Below, piece by piece: positions 47,406-50,518 of a stretch of 50,518 nucleotides of DNA (position 1 is the stretch's first letter; every line of letters starts with the position of its first letter). Under the pieces are notes generated by a model. It was not told the origin of the DNA. It worked only from the letters and a program-made list of their open reading frames with translations, and ran no database searches. The position numbers were made by a program, and so were the translations under genes. Source of the stretch: Thelocarpon superellum (lineage: Eukaryota); assembly GCA_026025795.1 (NCBI GenBank), contig JAPEUG010000092.1:1-50518 (forward strand). The letters run 5' to 3'.

Positions 47406-47663
47406 GGTGTAGCGCGAATTGCGATTGGCAGAGATAGAGCCTAGTAGCGCTGCCGGGTGCCGCGGTCCGTGCACAATGAGTCGGTGAGGGAGCTAGGGAG
47501 GGCGGGTGGCGAGCCTTGTCGTGCAGCTCCTTGGGCGGGCCGCACGTGGGCACGACAGCGAGGGACCGATCGGGGCCGCGGGAGCGCCGGCCAAGATTGA
47601 CGGGTCGATGGGGCGGCGCCAGCGCCCAGCGTGTGGCCGGGGGGGGGGGAGAGGTGACGTGGG

Positions 47664-48053
47664 CTACGGTCCGTTGACGGCCGATTCGCTGCCGCGATAG
47701 TGGTCCCAGAAACGTTGGATGGCGCTCTGTGCCAGCTCTGAGTCGCCGAATTGGTGGCGGTGGAAGTTGAAGACGGCGAACTCGTCGGCGGAGAGCACGT
47801 AGGTGGTGGGGCGGGCTTGAATCCGCCGCCAGATCTCGGCCAGAGCGCGCTCGAGCAAGGCGCTGACGTGCGGGTCCACGTCGGCGGCCTCGTTGTTCCG
47901 CACAATGTCGAGGGCACGTCGGACCGCAGCGGGGTCGTTGAAGACCGAGGAACCTGTCGACGTGTTACCACCCATGGTAACGGGGAAGATGAAGCGGTAC
48001 ATTCGGCGGGCTGTTCGACGCATGGAGTGGATGATGGAGGAAGCAAAGGACAT
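47664..48053 (-). CDS. Small conserved fungal hypothetical protein (129 aa, or about 104 aa from ATG 47975)
   Basis: Intact ORF with C/G-ending codon bias and a helical pattern LERALAEIWRRIQARPTTYVLSADEFAVFNF..AIQRFW. It resembles an unnamed Pezizomycotina family recalled from memory. Confidence 0.7.
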   Translation of the reverse strand: MSFASSIIHSMRRTARRMYRFIFPVTMGGNTSTGSSVFNDPAAVRRALDIVRNNEAADVDPHVSALLERALAEIWRRIQARPTTYVLSADEFAVFNFHRHQFGDSELAQSAIQRFWDHYRGSESAVNGP

Positions 48054-50518
48054 TGTTTTAACATTTGAACCAGCTCATGATCGGCGCCCCACCTGACCTG
48101 GGGTGCGATGCGTCACATTTAAGGCGGGCCGTGGGGTGGGGGTTTCTCCTGGGACAGGCCCCTGCGGACGGGGGCAAACATGCTCGACCTTGGAAGCTTA
48201 CCGGCTTAAACCCGATCGCCGACACGATGGCGTGGGGAGCTTGAGAAGGAGCGTGGCCGGGTGGAGTGGCCACACATCAGCCGCAATGGTCTGGCCGCCA
48301 AGGTGGGTGCGCGTGCTCGCATAAGCCGTGTCGGCGATGAGGCGGGGGAGGGACGGAGGATGGAGGAAGGGGGGCCGAAGACGATCCACTGTGGGCCGGC
48401 TGAATCATAACCCCGACCGTCCTTCGAGCACCGAGTGAGGCGGCGATGGTGGCGTGTGCTGAAGCAAGATGGGGGCGGCGCCGCGCTGCCAGGTCATGAT
48501 CCCGGTATGCACTGGTTGCACGCCATGGTTCATGTTAATGAAGAGTGGTGGAGGGTTTGGTGAAGGGCGGTCGGCATGTCGGTCCATCGGGGTCGTCGCG
48601 TGCGTCCAGCCAAGGCCGACGACAGCTCTCTAGCTTCCCTGGGAGCCGTGGGCCGCATCTGCGGCCAGGTTTAGAGTTTCGAATCTCGGCGGGATGCCTC
48701 GCCCTCTGGGCAATAATGACGCCCCGGAACGCGGATGTCGGGACGCTAGGCCCTGGGCCGGCGCCCGGCAGTGCTTCATGCCCCTCTCCTTCATCCCTCG
48801 GCACTCAGCTTGTCATGAGCCCCGCCGCTGCCGTGGCGCCTCTACCGTTCCTCCTCCGAGCCTCCGCCCGCTCTACCATGTACGCCATCTCCCGCCGCGC
48901 GATTGACGTAGGCTGGGCAGGTATATGCGATTGGGGGCGGCGGAGGTGGCCATGCCGCACTCTGGTGGCCAGGGGCCATCCGCAGAATTACATTGGATTG
49001 TCATTCTTAATGCAATCAATCCAAATCCTATTCCTCTCCGCAGTCGCGGTATGCCACTCTCCAAGTGCTCGTGTGCGGACGTGCGTGAGACTGGATGGTA
49101 CGGCTGGAGTTGCTCATGGCTCGTGTTCGTGTGTCCCGCCCGACGCCTGCGCCGAGGAACCTTCCCGATTGGAGTATCGGGCTCCCCTTCGCATACCACA
49201 AGGTGTGGTGGTGATGCATCTCTCCCCATGCCTATCAGCTTCACAGGGTCTTGAGTCGCCGTCGCAGCTCTTACCGGGCTGATCCAGCTTTGCAGACGCA
49301 AACACGGCCCATGAGCCGGCGTGGGGTACGGACATTCCCGGACCCGCGTCGATCTGTCTGCCTGATGAGGGGGGAGCCGTGGAGGGCGTCGCTCAGTCCC
49401 CAACCATCATGCTTGCTTAGAGAGGAGCACGCCCGCATGGCCTGATACGTCTCCACAGTTGCGATGCAGGTCTATGGGTACGAGCCCTTCTCTTCGGACG
49501 ACGGAGATGACGTGAGAGAGGGTCGAACCTGGATCGTTATTTCCTGCGAACCTCGGCCTCGTGGGGATGAAGCTTGGGCACAGGCGAGCACACTGCAAGC
49601 ACACAAGCGAGGGTCATTTCTCCACGCCTGCGGATTGCGCCTCGATGCGAAATGTGCCCGCGCTACGTAAGGTCGAGAAGGACCATGGCAGACGAGCAAC
49701 AGACGCCACGCTCGTCAACGTACCCGATTCACGACCAGGCGATCTACCGGCCCGCCATCCATGTTGTGCGGGATGCGTCGCGGCGGTGGTCGTCTGAAGG
49801 CCCGCCTACGGGCGTACCTGGAAGTAGTGAGGATGAGGTTAGCCCTTCCTCCAGCTCGGCTAGGACCCAGCGCGACAGGGGAGGCTGGGTAGGCCAGGCA
49901 CAGTCGAACTAGAACGCTTTGCGACGCTTCTCCGAGTGCCGAGCCGGCCGCCCATCCAATCCGGAGAGGGCGCTCTCCATCCACTCACCATCTAAATCCG
50001 GAGCTTGGTCCATCGGCATCCTCCCGGTAAATCTTCTGGTGATGTGTCCCACGACCAGGGTCTGCGGCCCCCACCGGCCCTCCATCTTCGTCCACACCTC
50101 TCATCTGAAGCCTTGGCCTGATTGATTTCCAATCCACTGGGCCCTACGACATTATTCGCCCAGCTAACGGAGCAATACAGTCCCGCGCGAAGCGAGGCTC
50201 CCCAGACGTCGATCAGCCTCGGCCAAGCCCACCAAGCGGCCGAGCGTGGATGCATATCGCTGCACAAAACCCTCAACACCGACAATATTTGAGTTTCGTT
50301 CAGTTGCCCATGGGAGAGCATCACGGAGGGCCGTCGGAGGAATCGACCGCCGGTTTAGTCACGCCTTGCCTGCCCCTCGGCCGATACAGCATCCCAACTT
50401 TGCCTCTGCACTGGGCCGGACTTAGAGACTCGTAAAACCGCTCGGAGGTTTCGACGTAAGAGAGTATCGTCATTGCTTCGGTCGGCGATGTTGCTCGCTT
50501 GCAGCATCAGCTGATGGC

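Noticed and set aside
1..50518. tRNA, 5S rRNA, spliceosomal snRNA, TGA-CTA readthrough signals and intact transposons
   Set aside because: By-eye searches found no cloverleaf with A/B boxes, no snRNA hallmark sequence, no readthrough context at the stops checked, and no transposase, RT, LTR or TIR signature. A computational scan could still find weak cases.

Overview
GC-rich genomic DNA from a filamentous ascomycete, judged from short GT-AG introns with CTRAC branch points and fungal-type orthologues. No prokaryotic features, tRNA, rRNA or intact transposon were recognised. Fourteen protein-coding genes were reconstructed by hand. From left to right: AGX1-type aminotransferase (runs off the left edge), VPS29, an Ecl1-family gene, DAD2 and SGO1 (head-to-head), YPI1, PBP1/ataxin-2, BUD6/AIP3, a myo-inositol-type MFS transporter, a Cys-rich GPI-type protein, a Tpo1-like DHA1 transporter, a secreted Gly-rich repeat protein, PNGase A and a small conserved hypothetical protein. 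A decayed accessory patch at about 32.3-34.8 kb holds a clear ankyrin pseudogene. There are also several young tandem repeats and a 58-nt G tract. The most unusual items are (i) a box C/D-like element in the long first intron of PBP1 with multi-block antisense similarity to the 5' domain of LSU rRNA, and (ii) a secreted protein made almost entirely of [x-I-G/H-G-G-G] and GSAG repeats. All family assignments come from recalled motifs, not database searches. Most ORFs in the supplied track are antisense or out-of-frame shadows typical of high-GC DNA.
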